Part shown: positions 38,401-49,100 of the stretch, in pieces | Layout: every line of letters begins with the position of its first letter | Numbering within the stretch: position 1 is the first letter of the stretch | DNA from: a virus | Reading direction: 5' to 3' (one strand) | Length of the DNA stretch: 64,000 nt | Virus record (IMG/VR): IMGVR_UViG_3300009506_000025 | Location: 1-64,000 of that record | Notes under the pieces: model-generated | Told to the model about the DNA's origin: nothing | The model's database searches: none | The model's input: only the letters and a program-made list of their open reading frames with translations | Made by a program: the position numbers and the translations under genes

Positions 38401-39582
38401 ATGGCACTTCCCGAAGCCTACACCTACGGTGACGCGATCGACGCGCTGACGGACCTGGCGACGCCCTACGGACGCTCCGCGCCCCAGCCCACGATCCGCC
38501 GGGCGATCCGCATGGCCCGGGACGAGATCGCCGCCAGCTTCGGTTGGTCCTTTCTCCAGGAGAACGGTCGCGTCCTGCTACGGGCAGCCCAGACCGATGG
38601 GACAGTGGCCTACGACCACACCGGAGGTGCCACCTGCGAGAGGCAGGTTACGCTCACCCACGCTACCGCCACCTGGCCGACCTGGGCGATCAGCGCGGCG
38701 ATCAGGATCGGAACGACCGTCTGCGACGTCCAGGAGGTCAAGACGGATACAGTCCTCCAGCTCGATTCCGTGATGAACCCGGGGCAGGACATTGCAGCGG
38801 GCACGACCTACAGTCTCTACCCCAGGTGGTATCGCCTGCCCGCCGACTTCGCCGGGATGGTCCGCACCTACGAGGAGACGGCCTGGCGACTGGGCCGAGA
38901 GATCCCCTTTGAGGAGATGATCGCCCGGCAGAAATACCTCACGTCATCGGGTGACATCAACCTCTACGCGATCGGACCAACGCAGGACGAGATCGGGACG
39001 CAGGCGATCTACGTGGCCCCCCCCAGCGACACCACCGAGCCCATCGACTTCCTCTACCGACGGCGGCTGCGGGACCTGCGGTACACGGGGCACGACGCTC
39101 CGAACTTTGCGGGCACGGTAGCGGTGACGGCGGACTCCTACACGGTCACGGGAAGCGGTACTTCCTTCCAGACCGGGATGGTGAACTCGATCTTCCGGGT
39201 CTCCAGCAGCACGACGATCCCGACCGGACTGGAGGGGCTCAATCCCTGGGTGGAGCAGCGGGTGATCCGATCGGTGGAGTCCACGACCTCGCTCACCCTG
39301 GACAATGTGATCGCCACCAGCCGTAGCGGAGTGAAGTACGTTGTCTCCGATCCGATCGATGTCGCCCCGGGCGCCTGGAACGCATTCGTAGCCTGCGCCG
39401 CGAAGAACTACGCGATCGCCGTCAACCTGAAAGAGAAGGGCGAGTTGATCGCCCTCTGGAAAGAGGCCCTGCGAGTAGCCAGGCAGGCGGATTGCCGGAC
39501 CCTGGGGCCCAGCGTGATGCACATTGGCCCGGTGATCGCCGGCAGGATGGCCGACTCACAGGACCGGGAGGTGGTGGAGTAA
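38401..39582 (+). CDS. Head-tail adaptor/tail tubular protein with inserted beta domains
   Basis: W.FL, Y.LPADF, YV.PP.D; inserted GTV.VT..S..VTG.GT.F module. Confidence 0.7.
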   Translation: MALPEAYTYGDAIDALTDLATPYGRSAPQPTIRRAIRMARDEIAASFGWSFLQENGRVLLRAAQTDGTVAYDHTGGATCERQVTLTHATATWPTWAISAAIRIGTTVCDVQEVKTDTVLQLDSVMNPGQDIAAGTTYSLYPRWYRLPADFAGMVRTYEETAWRLGREIPFEEMIARQKYLTSSGDINLYAIGPTQDEIGTQAIYVAPPSDTTEPIDFLYRRRLRDLRYTGHDAPNFAGTVAVTADSYTVTGSGTSFQTGMVNSIFRVSSSTTIPTGLEGLNPWVEQRVIRSVESTTSLTLDNVIATSRSGVKYVVSDPIDVAPGAWNAFVACAAKNYAIAVNLKEKGELIALWKEALRVARQADCRTLGPSVMHIGPVIAGRMADSQDREVVE

Positions 39583-39974
39583 TGGCAACCTACAGCGCCG
39601 ACAGCGACATCGTGGCCGTCTTCGGGAACGAGAGCGTCGACAAGTGGGCGGACCTCGACGGGGACGCCGACGCTGCCAAGATGACGGCCCGCAAACTGCT
39701 GGCGCGGAGCATCGCTTACGCCCATATCAACGACCTGGCACGGGAGACTCACTACACGATACCCCTGGCCGATGCCTCGGGGGCGGTCCCGGACACGGTG
39801 ACCAACTGGGAGGCAACCCTGGCGGGGATCTGGTTGTACGAGGCCAGCGGCACTATCGACTTCGACCCCCGCAGCGGGGCCCCCGGGCACCGTTTCACCT
39901 ATCTGGAATCGTCGATCAGACACACCCTGGAAGAGTTCCGCACGGGGCGACGGAAGATCGACGCGATGAGCTAA
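39582..39974 (+). CDS. Mu gp36/DUF1320-like head completion protein
   Basis: Y....DI...FG; I......Y.IPL.....VP..V......LA...LY; L.....G...I. Confidence 0.7.
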   Translation: MATYSADSDIVAVFGNESVDKWADLDGDADAAKMTARKLLARSIAYAHINDLARETHYTIPLADASGAVPDTVTNWEATLAGIWLYEASGTIDFDPRSGAPGHRFTYLESSIRHTLEEFRTGRRKIDAMS

Positions 39975-39992
39975 TCTCTCAAGGAGACAAGC

Positions 39993-40496
39993 ATGTCCGA
40001 AGTGACGAGAATCAACGGGGACCTCGTGGTGATCGGGGCCTTCCTTGGGGCCACCGAGATCGCCTACCCGACAGGTTCGATCACCAATGCTGCCATCTCG
40101 GCGTCGGCGGCGATCGCGGCGTCCAAATCACAGCGATCGTTCCCGGCTACCGCTCAACAGAGTGGGACCGTGGCGGACGAGACGATCATCATCCACATCG
40201 TCCAGGGCAGCACGGGGATACTCAAGAGCTTCACCTGCTCCCAGGTCACCGCGCCCACCGGAGTCTCCACCTTCACGGTGGATCTCCAGAAGAACGGGGT
40301 CACGATGCTCTCCGCCCCAGTCACCGTAAACGCAGCCACCGGGGCGCTGGGCGAGGCTACGGGGACACTGACCGTGACGGCCCTGGCGGATGGCGACGTG
40401 TTGACCGTGGTGATCGACGCCACGGCAAGTGGGACCGACACTCCGGCCACCGGCGCCTTTGCCATGGCGATGATCGACGAAGACTACGCCTCGTAG
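39993..40496 (+). CDS. Putative virion protein
   Basis: AAGGAG SD; ITNA.I.A.A.IA.SK; TVD..KNG...L; GDVLTV.ID. Confidence 0.75.
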   Translation: MSEVTRINGDLVVIGAFLGATEIAYPTGSITNAAISASAAIAASKSQRSFPATAQQSGTVADETIIIHIVQGSTGILKSFTCSQVTAPTGVSTFTVDLQKNGVTMLSAPVTVNAATGALGEATGTLTVTALADGDVLTVVIDATASGTDTPATGAFAMAMIDEDYAS

Positions 40497-40506
40497 GTCG
40501 AGATGA

Positions 40507-41019
40507 ATGGCGACCACCAACCCAATCCGACTGGTCCACGAGAAGATCTGGGCGATGCTCCGCGCCAATTCGGATCTGTTGGGTGCTACCGGGCTGGTGA
40601 CTGCGCCGAATCAGGTCGACTACACGGTCAGCACCCGCGTTCCTCCCCGCGATGTGGTGACTGAGGGAAAGACGCCTGAGATGGAGGTCGTCGCCTCCTC
40701 GATGCGACCCCATCTCCAGGAGACCAGCAGCGGGTCCTCCCTGGTAGTCCGCTGGGAGATCCGGGTCACCAGCGGCAGCGAGCTGTTTGCCAACCTGATG
40801 GACATCGAATGGGAGACCTACCGGGCCATGGAGGATTGGGAGACACACTTCTCGGTCCTGACCTGGGCGGAGAAACGATTCGTGACCCTCTGCCGCCCCC
40901 TGGCTAGCCGGGATACCCTGGGGACCCCTATGAGCCGGGGCATCCGGGGTTGGGTATGCGTCTGGGCCTGCGAGACCCAGCTTGACTTCACCACCAGCGA
41001 CATTGCGGTAGGGGCCTGA
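40507..41019 (+). CDS. Tail terminator/completion protein (putative)
   Basis: Size and position directly before the tail-tube candidate. Confidence 0.5.
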   Translation: MATTNPIRLVHEKIWAMLRANSDLLGATGLVTAPNQVDYTVSTRVPPRDVVTEGKTPEMEVVASSMRPHLQETSSGSSLVVRWEIRVTSGSELFANLMDIEWETYRAMEDWETHFSVLTWAEKRFVTLCRPLASRDTLGTPMSRGIRGWVCVWACETQLDFTTSDIAVGA

Positions 41020-41876
41020 TGGGAATCGTCTCTGGAATCGGCGCGGTGATCCACCTCGACGGCAGTGCAGAGAGCACCGTCCGCCGCTGGGAGATCGCCT
41101 ATCGCGGCCTGGTCGATGCCGAGGTGGCAACCAACACCCAGGGCGGGACGCACCGCATCCCGGGGAACACGGATTGGAGGGGATATTACCTGGGATACGG
41201 ACACACTCCCAGCGTCTTCCCGGGCGACAGCTTCGCGTTCAAGGGGACCACGGACGGGACCAAGGGCTGTTATGGGACGGCGATCTGTGACTCGATCCTG
41301 ATCCGCTGCCCTATTCGGCAGGGGACCAAGATCGAATACCGCGTGGACTTCAGCGCCGATGGATCACTGAAGCTCGCCGCCGACGTGGGCTCCACCCCCT
41401 TGGTGGACGACACCTCGGTCGCGGCCTTTCAATCGATCGGCAGAAAGGTAGCTCTCGGGGGGACGTCGCAGACCGTCGACGGAACCGACGTGCCCCAGTT
41501 GCACTTCTGGGATTTCCTGGTGGCCTCGCGGAACAGGCCCTACGTCCACACCAACACGGCGGGGAGCGTGCAGCGCAATCCGGGTAACCTCGACGCCAGG
41601 TTCAGGTACGGGGTCTACGTAGACAACCCCGCCGATACGACCCAGTTGCCCACGCTCCAGGACGAGGGGATGCTGAAGTTCTACGTTACCTCCACGACCT
41701 TCTGGGAGTTGCGGTGGGGATTGATTGAGGAGATCGCGCAGTTCGGCGCCAACGTGGAGAGCGCCGAGAACGTGATTGCCGTAGTCAGCGGTGGGCTTAC
41801 TACCACCAGCGGCGACGTGAAGGGATCGATCTACAACCCGGCGGGCGAACTGAAGTGGGGAACCGCAGCGGCATAG
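41019..41876 (+). CDS. Tail tube-like protein with internal duplication
   Basis: Starts SG.G.V; W......TNT.G...R.PGN.D occurs twice. Confidence 0.65.
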   Translation: MGIVSGIGAVIHLDGSAESTVRRWEIAYRGLVDAEVATNTQGGTHRIPGNTDWRGYYLGYGHTPSVFPGDSFAFKGTTDGTKGCYGTAICDSILIRCPIRQGTKIEYRVDFSADGSLKLAADVGSTPLVDDTSVAAFQSIGRKVALGGTSQTVDGTDVPQLHFWDFLVASRNRPYVHTNTAGSVQRNPGNLDARFRYGVYVDNPADTTQLPTLQDEGMLKFYVTSTTFWELRWGLIEEIAQFGANVESAENVIAVVSGGLTTTSGDVKGSIYNPAGELKWGTAAA

Positions 41877-41881
41877 GATGA

Positions 41882-42235
41882 ATGATGGCAGAGTGGTTTG
41901 ACGACCTCTGGAGTAAGGCGGGAGACCTCTGGGATCAGGCGGGTCGGGAGATCGACCAGACCCGCGAGGAGCAGGAGGCAATCGCCAAGAGCAGGCGGCT
42001 CTCCCGCAGGCGAGGAGACTCCCAGGACATCTCGGACTGGGTGATCGGATCGCTGGATGGACTACGTGGGGCGGCTGAACCCGCGGCGGGTGGAGGCGGA
42101 GGCGCCGGGCTGGGGAGCACCGACCAGCAGATGATCCAGCTGTTGACTGAGATCCGTGACACTCTGAAGGAGAGCCAAGAGACCTTGAAGGCTATCCAAG
42201 AGAAGAACAACTCGGTAGGAGTCTACGGCCCGTGA
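41882..42235 (+). CDS. Short helical protein in the tape-measure position
   Basis: 117 aa; Q...LL.EIRD.L C-terminus. Confidence 0.65.
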   Translation: MMAEWFDDLWSKAGDLWDQAGREIDQTREEQEAIAKSRRLSRRRGDSQDISDWVIGSLDGLRGAAEPAAGGGGGAGLGSTDQQMIQLLTEIRDTLKESQETLKAIQEKNNSVGVYGP

Positions 42236-43071
42236 CGTATCTCACACCGACCAGTCCCTTGAACCCCGTTCCCGAGTGCCCCGTGGACTACTACGAGGTC
42301 AACGGGTTTCCCCAGTCGAACTGGCAGAACGGGAAGTTCGAGGCGGTACGCCGGGTCCGCACTGCCTGGGCGGATCGAACCAACTTCATCTTGTGGATCG
42401 ACACCTACCCTAACAACATGTACCCCTACGACGAAGGGCCCCCGGACGCCTGGGTCTCTTCGATCTCCACGGTGCCGGTCGCCAGGCAAGGCAAGGAGAA
42501 TTACAACCCTCGAAGCGGCAGCCCCGGCGATCCCAGAACGTACATCATTGAGCGGGCTACCTATCTCGAAGCGGAAATCACCATCCGCTACAACACCGAG
42601 ACCATCGGATACCTGGGCGGGATCAAGGTAGCCGAGTGGATCAGGCCGGACACGGAGATGTATAAGCGGGACTACTCGATCTTCCAATGGTCGGGAGGCA
42701 CGCTTCTGAGGGAGGGCGAGAGCCCGACGCACACGCTCTACACGTTCCAGTACGTGGTGAAGTATCTGAACATCATGGCCTTCCCGGATTGGGTGCAGTC
42801 CAACATCGGAACCTGCAACACAAACACCTTCTGGACCTACGGACTCTGGAGCAGCTTCCCCCCGCAGACCTTGCTCTATCAGCCGCCCACGATCGAGGCC
42901 ACGCTGACCACAGGAAACGTGCGGACCTACAACCTCACCTGCTACTACCGATACCGGCCCTGGAGTTGGAACTATCACTGGCGGCAGGACACGCAGGCTT
43001 GGGAGCCGGTCTACCTGCTCGACGGCACGCAATATATTCAGTACCCCCTGGCTACCTATCTCCATCCATGA
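42232..43071 (+). CDS. Tail-associated protein
   Basis: GTGA overlap; Tyr/Trp-rich; G..N...F..F.P.TLLY. Confidence 0.7.
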   Translation: MTYLTPTSPLNPVPECPVDYYEVNGFPQSNWQNGKFEAVRRVRTAWADRTNFILWIDTYPNNMYPYDEGPPDAWVSSISTVPVARQGKENYNPRSGSPGDPRTYIIERATYLEAEITIRYNTETIGYLGGIKVAEWIRPDTEMYKRDYSIFQWSGGTLLREGESPTHTLYTFQYVVKYLNIMAFPDWVQSNIGTCNTNTFWTYGLWSSFPPQTLLYQPPTIEATLTTGNVRTYNLTCYYRYRPWSWNYHWRQDTQAWEPVYLLDGTQYIQYPLATYLHP

Positions 43072-44018
43072 GCAACACCGACCATATCCGCCGAGTCGTC
43101 CAGGGCGATGAGCTTTCCGCCGAGCGGGACGCCCAGATCCTGGAGGCGATCGACCGCAAGTGGAGCGGCGCAGGATCGGTCACCGACTTCAAGGGCACGG
43201 CACTCAGCTCCCCGTTCAAGAGGAGGATCTGCCGGTTCGAGATGGTCGACGAGCTGCTTCTTCCCCAGAATGGCTCCGGCACCGCGGACGCCTACTTCCT
43301 CTCTTGGGCCGAGGGGGCGCTGGGCAACCTCACGGGGATCGAGGACAAGACGATCAAAGTCGTCGACACCATGCGCTGCCACAGCAAGATGGAAAATCCT
43401 GCACACCCAGACACAGGCGCGATGGATGTGGGTGCCTATGGTCTGGCTTGGATTCCCGACGATCCGCTGGTCCACAGCCCGTACAATGCCCACTGGGAGA
43501 TCCTCTGGATGCAGACCCCGGGCGATTTCATCGGGATCATTCTCTCCGGAGAGAGCCTGACGCACTACAACTCCTCGCCGCCCTCCGACGGGGATAGCTG
43601 TTGGGTGGCCGTCTTCGACCCCTGGCCCTTTCCATCGATCGGGCACAGGACCTTCGGTGGATTCGATCCGTTTGGTATCAACTGGACGGCCAACTACGGG
43701 AGCGGAGACATACCCTACTGCCAGGTTTACAACCTACCCCGAGAGTGGACGGAATCCGTCGAGCCCCCCACGGTGCCTCAATACTACTGGTTCGAGGCCA
43801 ACGAGGACCAGTTCGTCTACTGCCGCTGGCTGATGAGGGAGAGCAAATACTACGTGATCGGGGTGCCGAACAATCTCAGCGTGATGGGGGATGATCCCTC
43901 CCTTGCCCCTGGCCCCACGGTGCATACCTACCCCCAAACGATGCACCTGACGTTCGACATCGCAGATTTCAACGTGGTCGATGACGGAGACGGTCACCTC
44001 ACCGTGTCCCTGAAGTAA
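43068..44018 (+). CDS. Tail-tip/baseplate-associated protein
   Basis: ATGA overlap; V.GD.LSA......EA start; C-terminal F.V.D.GDG..TVS. Confidence 0.65.
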   Translation: MSNTDHIRRVVQGDELSAERDAQILEAIDRKWSGAGSVTDFKGTALSSPFKRRICRFEMVDELLLPQNGSGTADAYFLSWAEGALGNLTGIEDKTIKVVDTMRCHSKMENPAHPDTGAMDVGAYGLAWIPDDPLVHSPYNAHWEILWMQTPGDFIGIILSGESLTHYNSSPPSDGDSCWVAVFDPWPFPSIGHRTFGGFDPFGINWTANYGSGDIPYCQVYNLPREWTESVEPPTVPQYYWFEANEDQFVYCRWLMRESKYYVIGVPNNLSVMGDDPSLAPGPTVHTYPQTMHLTFDIADFNVVDDGDGHLTVSLK

Positions 44019-44027
44019 AAGGAGAGT

Positions 44028-45923
44028 GTGATGCCCAGCAACTTTAAGGCGGGTCTCAACCAGGCGTTCCCCGGACTGGGAGGGACCGTCCCAAAGAAGA
44101 AGAAGCGGCCGATCACCGCAGCCCAGAAGGCATATGTCACGCCGGCAGCACTCGAAGAGGCACGCCTCGGGATCGCCCAGTGGATGGGGATGAAGCCGAC
44201 CACCAAGGCAGCGTACCCGCTCACACAGGCCCCGGCCCCCGTGCCAGCGCCTACCTCCCCCTACAACATCACCCCGGAGATGATCGCAGCCTGGACGGGA
44301 CCAGTGGCGGGCCCCGCTGCGGCCTCTGTGCTCCCGGGAGTAAGGGCCCGCTCCCGCGCCGGGCAGCCTCTCGCCCTTCCTTCTTCGGCAGCCACGTACA
44401 CTCCGACGAGCGACCTTCGGGCAGCCATGGCTGGATGGCAGGGAACCCCGCCCGCAGTACCTGCCGTCGCCGCCGGGATGACCTCCGGCCAGGCCGCACA
44501 GCTCGCCAGCCTCCGGCAGCTTAGCACGGATCTGCGATCGATCGGCGCCAACATGGCGGCTCGACGGACCAGCCCCCTCGGTCCCGTCGCCTCCGTCACC
44601 AGGCCCCTAGCTCAGCAGGCTGCGCCCTCGGTGGCCTCGATGATCGAGAACCCCGTTTCCTACCAGCGGCACCTCGCGGCGGGGACGTACTCCCGGCCGA
44701 CCCCGGGGCTGGAGAGGCTCACCGCGCAGGCTGCACCGACCCCACAACAGGAGTTGGCCGCGGCGATCTCCGCAGCGTCGCCTGGACTTGCCGAGCAGCA
44801 GGCCGTCCAGTCTACGCTTGAGCCCGGGAAAAGCCTGGGTTACGCCGCACCTGCGGCAGACGCCGCCAACATCCAGGAGTACGCCGCAGCGATGAGGAAC
44901 TGGCGGGACACGATCGCAGCGGGAGGCACCGCTCCCTATCCGGGATCGTTCAGGACAGTCTGGGACCAGGGTCCACGCTACGATGCCGGGACCGCGTCCC
45001 TGGTTTCCGGGGGACGCCCGGGGGCCGAAGCAGCCCTAGCTGCGGAAGCCAAGGCGAAGGAACGTCGCGAGTCCCGGCGTGCGGAGTTCGCAGGGATGTA
45101 CGTCGCCAAAGACATCCGGCAACGGGTAGCCACCGCACAACGCCAGGGACGCAACATCACCCCGGCCATGGCGATGATCGAAAAGAAGATTGAGAACGAC
45201 AAACCACTATCGCCGGCCGAGATGCTGGCTTACTTCGGAGCCCTCGGTCAGCAGCAAGTCGCTACGGAAACCGCCGCAAAGACAGCCGAGGCGGAACAGA
45301 AAGCTGCCGCTAAGGCCCAGTCAGACGCCGCGATTGCTACGATCCTCTCGGGACCGTTGGCCGGGAGCCTTCCCCGGCAGGTCGTTGGACAGCTAATAGC
45401 CTCGATCCAGGGCGCTGCCGCCGGAGCAGCCTCCGGATTGGCAGGCGCGATCGGTGAGGGCGTTAAGCTCACCTCGCTAGAGCTTGACGATCTTGCTGGT
45501 AAGAGCAACACGAAGGAGGACTTCATCAGCCAAGGATTAGCACTCGGCGGAGACGAGAAGCAGCTAACACAGGAGGCCAATAGGCGGTTCAAGCCTGGAG
45601 CCATACAGAAGTTTCAAAATCTGGTGGCGAATGCCTACCCACAATACGAGAAATACCAGGCTGGAGCCGGGCCCGGGACGGTTCTCCCCAGCGAAGCTCT
45701 CGACTGGCTGACGATCGTTCCGAGGCTGGTTCGCGGCGATCCCACGATCCCCAAGATGAACATCCCCTCGAAGATTCTGAGCCAGGTCCAGAAGATGGCC
45801 CGCAGTGGTGATCAGGACGCCAAGCGAATCCTGAATCAAATTGCGCTGACGCAAAAGCGAGTTGCGCAACACCGCAATATCTGGCAGCGACTTCCTGGGG
45901 TCCTAAGTGCGCTCAACCCATGA
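44028..45923 (+). CDS. Ala-rich internal virion/DNA ejection-like protein
   Basis: AAGGAG SD; 631 aa, Ala/Gln-rich, no Cys. Confidence 0.65.
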   Translation: MMPSNFKAGLNQAFPGLGGTVPKKKKRPITAAQKAYVTPAALEEARLGIAQWMGMKPTTKAAYPLTQAPAPVPAPTSPYNITPEMIAAWTGPVAGPAAASVLPGVRARSRAGQPLALPSSAATYTPTSDLRAAMAGWQGTPPAVPAVAAGMTSGQAAQLASLRQLSTDLRSIGANMAARRTSPLGPVASVTRPLAQQAAPSVASMIENPVSYQRHLAAGTYSRPTPGLERLTAQAAPTPQQELAAAISAASPGLAEQQAVQSTLEPGKSLGYAAPAADAANIQEYAAAMRNWRDTIAAGGTAPYPGSFRTVWDQGPRYDAGTASLVSGGRPGAEAALAAEAKAKERRESRRAEFAGMYVAKDIRQRVATAQRQGRNITPAMAMIEKKIENDKPLSPAEMLAYFGALGQQQVATETAAKTAEAEQKAAAKAQSDAAIATILSGPLAGSLPRQVVGQLIASIQGAAAGAASGLAGAIGEGVKLTSLELDDLAGKSNTKEDFISQGLALGGDEKQLTQEANRRFKPGAIQKFQNLVANAYPQYEKYQAGAGPGTVLPSEALDWLTIVPRLVRGDPTIPKMNIPSKILSQVQKMARSGDQDAKRILNQIALTQKRVAQHRNIWQRLPGVLSALNP

Positions 45924-46035
45924 ACCAAGGGCGCAAGGGGTAATCGAAGAACAGTACACCGATCACGTAGACCAGGAGCACGTAGGTCACAACGACCGCG
46001 ACGGCCCCCAGGATTCCGAAAACAACGTGCCGCAT
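45913..46035 (-). CDS. 40-aa antisense membrane peptide (superinfection exclusion-like)
   Basis: GGAGG SD 7 nt before ATG; MRHVVFGILGAVAVVVTYVLLVYVIGVLFFDY...; fills an intergenic gap. Confidence 0.65.
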   Translation of the reverse strand: MRHVVFGILGAVAVVVTYVLLVYVIGVLFFDYPLRPWFMG

Positions 46036-46101
46036 GGGTGTAACCTCCAAAAATTTCATGCCCAAGCACAGTGTATGCCGTAAAGGGCTTCGCTGAAACC
46101 C

Positions 46102-49100
46102 ATGGCCACTATTCCGCGACCCAAACTGCCCAAGCTGACCCTGGGGGGGGCCAATGCGGCAATCAAGCTGCCCAAGGCTCCCAGCCAGGCGGATCTCAGC
46201 CCCGAGGAGGAACATGGGCTCCTCTCGGAGATCCTCCGTACCAGCCTGGGCGGTGTGCAGTATATCGGGGAGTCGCTAGACAAACCGGGGTCTGCGGTAC
46301 GGGGCTTCCTGGCCACGGGAGACCCCTCACAGCTCATCCACGCTGTCCCCTTCTCCGAAACCCTGGGGATCGATACCGAGAAGAAGTACAGCGGGCGCGA
46401 GCTGCTCCACAAGTTGGGCCTGGCGAGCAAGAACAAGCCCGGGTTCCGGGGTGACGTCCTCGGGGACCTGGCTGGGTTTGGAACCGAGGTCGCGCTCGAT
46501 CCCCTCTGGCTCCTGGCGGGGCTGCCGTTGGTCAAGGGCGCCGTTAAGGGCGGAGAGGTAGGGGTCAAAGCGATTGCCAGCGCCAAGACGCTGGGCGAGG
46601 CCCAGAAGGCGTTCAAGGCGGGCTCCGAGGCGATCAAGGCGGGGGAGCAGGTCCTCGGCCGAGTCCCCCCAACCGTCCCGGCGGCGCTCTCGAAGCAGAT
46701 TCGCCAAGGGGTCCGGGGCGTTGTCGGACTGCGAATCCCCGGGACCAAGGAGCCGTTTGTTACCTTCGGCGCGGGATCGAAGTTCGTCCCCTGGGTGATC
46801 GACCACACGGCCTACGGGCGCTACAGTCCCATCCAATGGATGCGGGGCCTGTTCTCCCGTTCCTCGGGTGCCAAGAGCGTCTATCAGTTTGGCAAGGGTG
46901 GGATCGCCAGGGCCTACGACCTGGCCTACGCCGAGAGGATGCTCCGTGATGACCTGGTCCTGGAACTCAGCTCGAAGATGGACCAGAAGGCGGCGGGGCT
47001 CTTTAAGCATCTCGCTCAGATTGCCGAGCACCACGGGGGGCTGGGCGACACGTCTGCGGTTGATGGATTCAACCGCCTCCTGGCCGAGCTTCAGAGCGGG
47101 ATGCCCAAGGGAAAGCAGTTCGCCCAGTTGTTCCGGGAGTCAATGCAGATTCCCGAAAACATTCCCCTGGACCAGCTCGTCGAAGTGCTGGACGGCCAGA
47201 CGCAGCAACTCCACACCTACATCGACATGGTCCTGGACCTCCAGAACCAGGGTTACCATAGGGTTCTCGACCTTGGGGGCCATGGTGAATTGCTGGAGGA
47301 TCTCTACGTCCAGCACACCGCCCGATCCAGGTCGATGATCTCCCAGTTACGAAAGGAGGGGAAGCAGTACCGGGAACGTGCCAACTTCCAACCGGCCACC
47401 CGGAGAAAGGACATCTACCGCGACGTTCCGGGCGGCAGTACGACGATAAACGGAATCGCTCATGATGCAAGGCTCACGGGGACGAAGGGCCTCGACAAAG
47501 AGGCCAAGATAGCACTGAAGGCCACGATTCGCCAAGACCTCAAGAACCTCGGCGTGGATATGCCCAAAAACTCCACACTAGAGGATCTTCAAGGCAACCT
47601 GATGTGGCACCAGTACATCAAGCGGCAGCTTCACGATGCCTGGGACAAAAAGATCACCGATCCGCTCGGCAATGCCACCGATGATCTTGGGAACACCCGC
47701 TTCTACAAGGACGGACCCCTTCGAGGCAGTCCGATCAACCGTGAGAATGAGGTCCGGTTATGGACGGACGACGAGATGCGGGTCCCTGCTCGGGTTCCGG
47801 CTGATCAAGAGCCCTTCATGGAGCGCATTCCCCCGAAGATCGAGAGAATGGTCAAGCGGTTTTCGGGGATGGACCCCCGCGTCCGGGAGCGTGGGATTTT
47901 TGATAAGGCGATCATGGATGACGCCCTGGAGTACACCAAGGCGATTCACGAGTGGGAGTCGACCCTTCGCAGCGCACACCATCTTTTGGGCCAACCTGGA
48001 GTCGTTCGCAAGGCGGCCGAGGGGTTGGGGCCGGGAGGCAAGGACACCTGGCAGTCGCTCCGCGAAGTCTGGCAGAACACCCGCGTCCACTACCCCGGCA
48101 AGAAGAAGGGGCGCCGGGTGCTGACCGACAGGGGGCTGGAGACCTTTGTCCGGGAGAACGCAGAGCAGTTGGGGATCGGAGCCGACGTACTCGCGGACCC
48201 CAAGCGATTCACTGAGGCGATCGACAACCTCCGCGTCGCGCCGAAGGTCGACCGGATGCTCCATTCCCTGATGCAGACCAGTCTGCCCCAGACACAGACC
48301 GAGATCGGCAAGCTGGTCGACAAGGTCAACTCGCTCTGGAAGGGCTGGCTCTTTACCCCCTGGATCGCGGCCCACACCCGAAACCTCGTTTCGGGATTGT
48401 ACCAGTCCTGGTCCGACGGCCATGTGAGTCTCCCGGAACTCTTGCGGGGGTACTACGCGGCGTACAAGTTCCTGAAGAAGGGCGGGAAGCTGGAAAGCCT
48501 GGCCCTCCTGCAACGGGAGGGGATACTTACCAAGGTCGGCTACCTCGGCGACGTGCTCACCCCCGAGGCACTCAAGGAATTCGGCCTGCCCGAGGGCGGG
48601 GTGAAGTGGGTTGCGGAGCGATACCTCCACCCGATCAAGGCAATCAGGGAGGGGGGGAAGACCAAGTACGGCCCCCTGAATATCCCCACGGCGCTCGATC
48701 CCTTCGCTCAACGCGGCTGGAGAAAGGCCACCCCGGAGGCCAGGGCGCTGGGGCTGGGTGTACCCACCAATATCCCGATGGAGACCGGCGAGCGGGCCTA
48801 CAAGCTGGTCGAGTTTCTCAACCGGGCAGGTTACGCCGAGGCACTGCTGAAGAAGGGCTACACCCCCAGCGAGATCAAACACCTCGTCACCCGGGCGCAG
48901 TTCGACTACTCCGCCATGAGCCACTTCGAGCGGAGCTACCTCTCCCGTGCAGTGCTGTTCTACCAGTGGCCCAGGAACAACCTGCCCTTCACGCTCTCGA
49001 AGCTGATCGACCGGCCCGGCGGCCGGACAGCCCAGACGCTGCGTGCCCTGAACTCCAGCCTGGGGCAGGACCCCAACGACGAGTACATCCCCAGCTTCCT

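Noticed and set aside
42687-43067. N-terminal extension of the 443-aa ORF in the track
   Set aside because: Overlaps 42232-43071 out of frame; the ATGA-coupled start at 43068 is more plausible.
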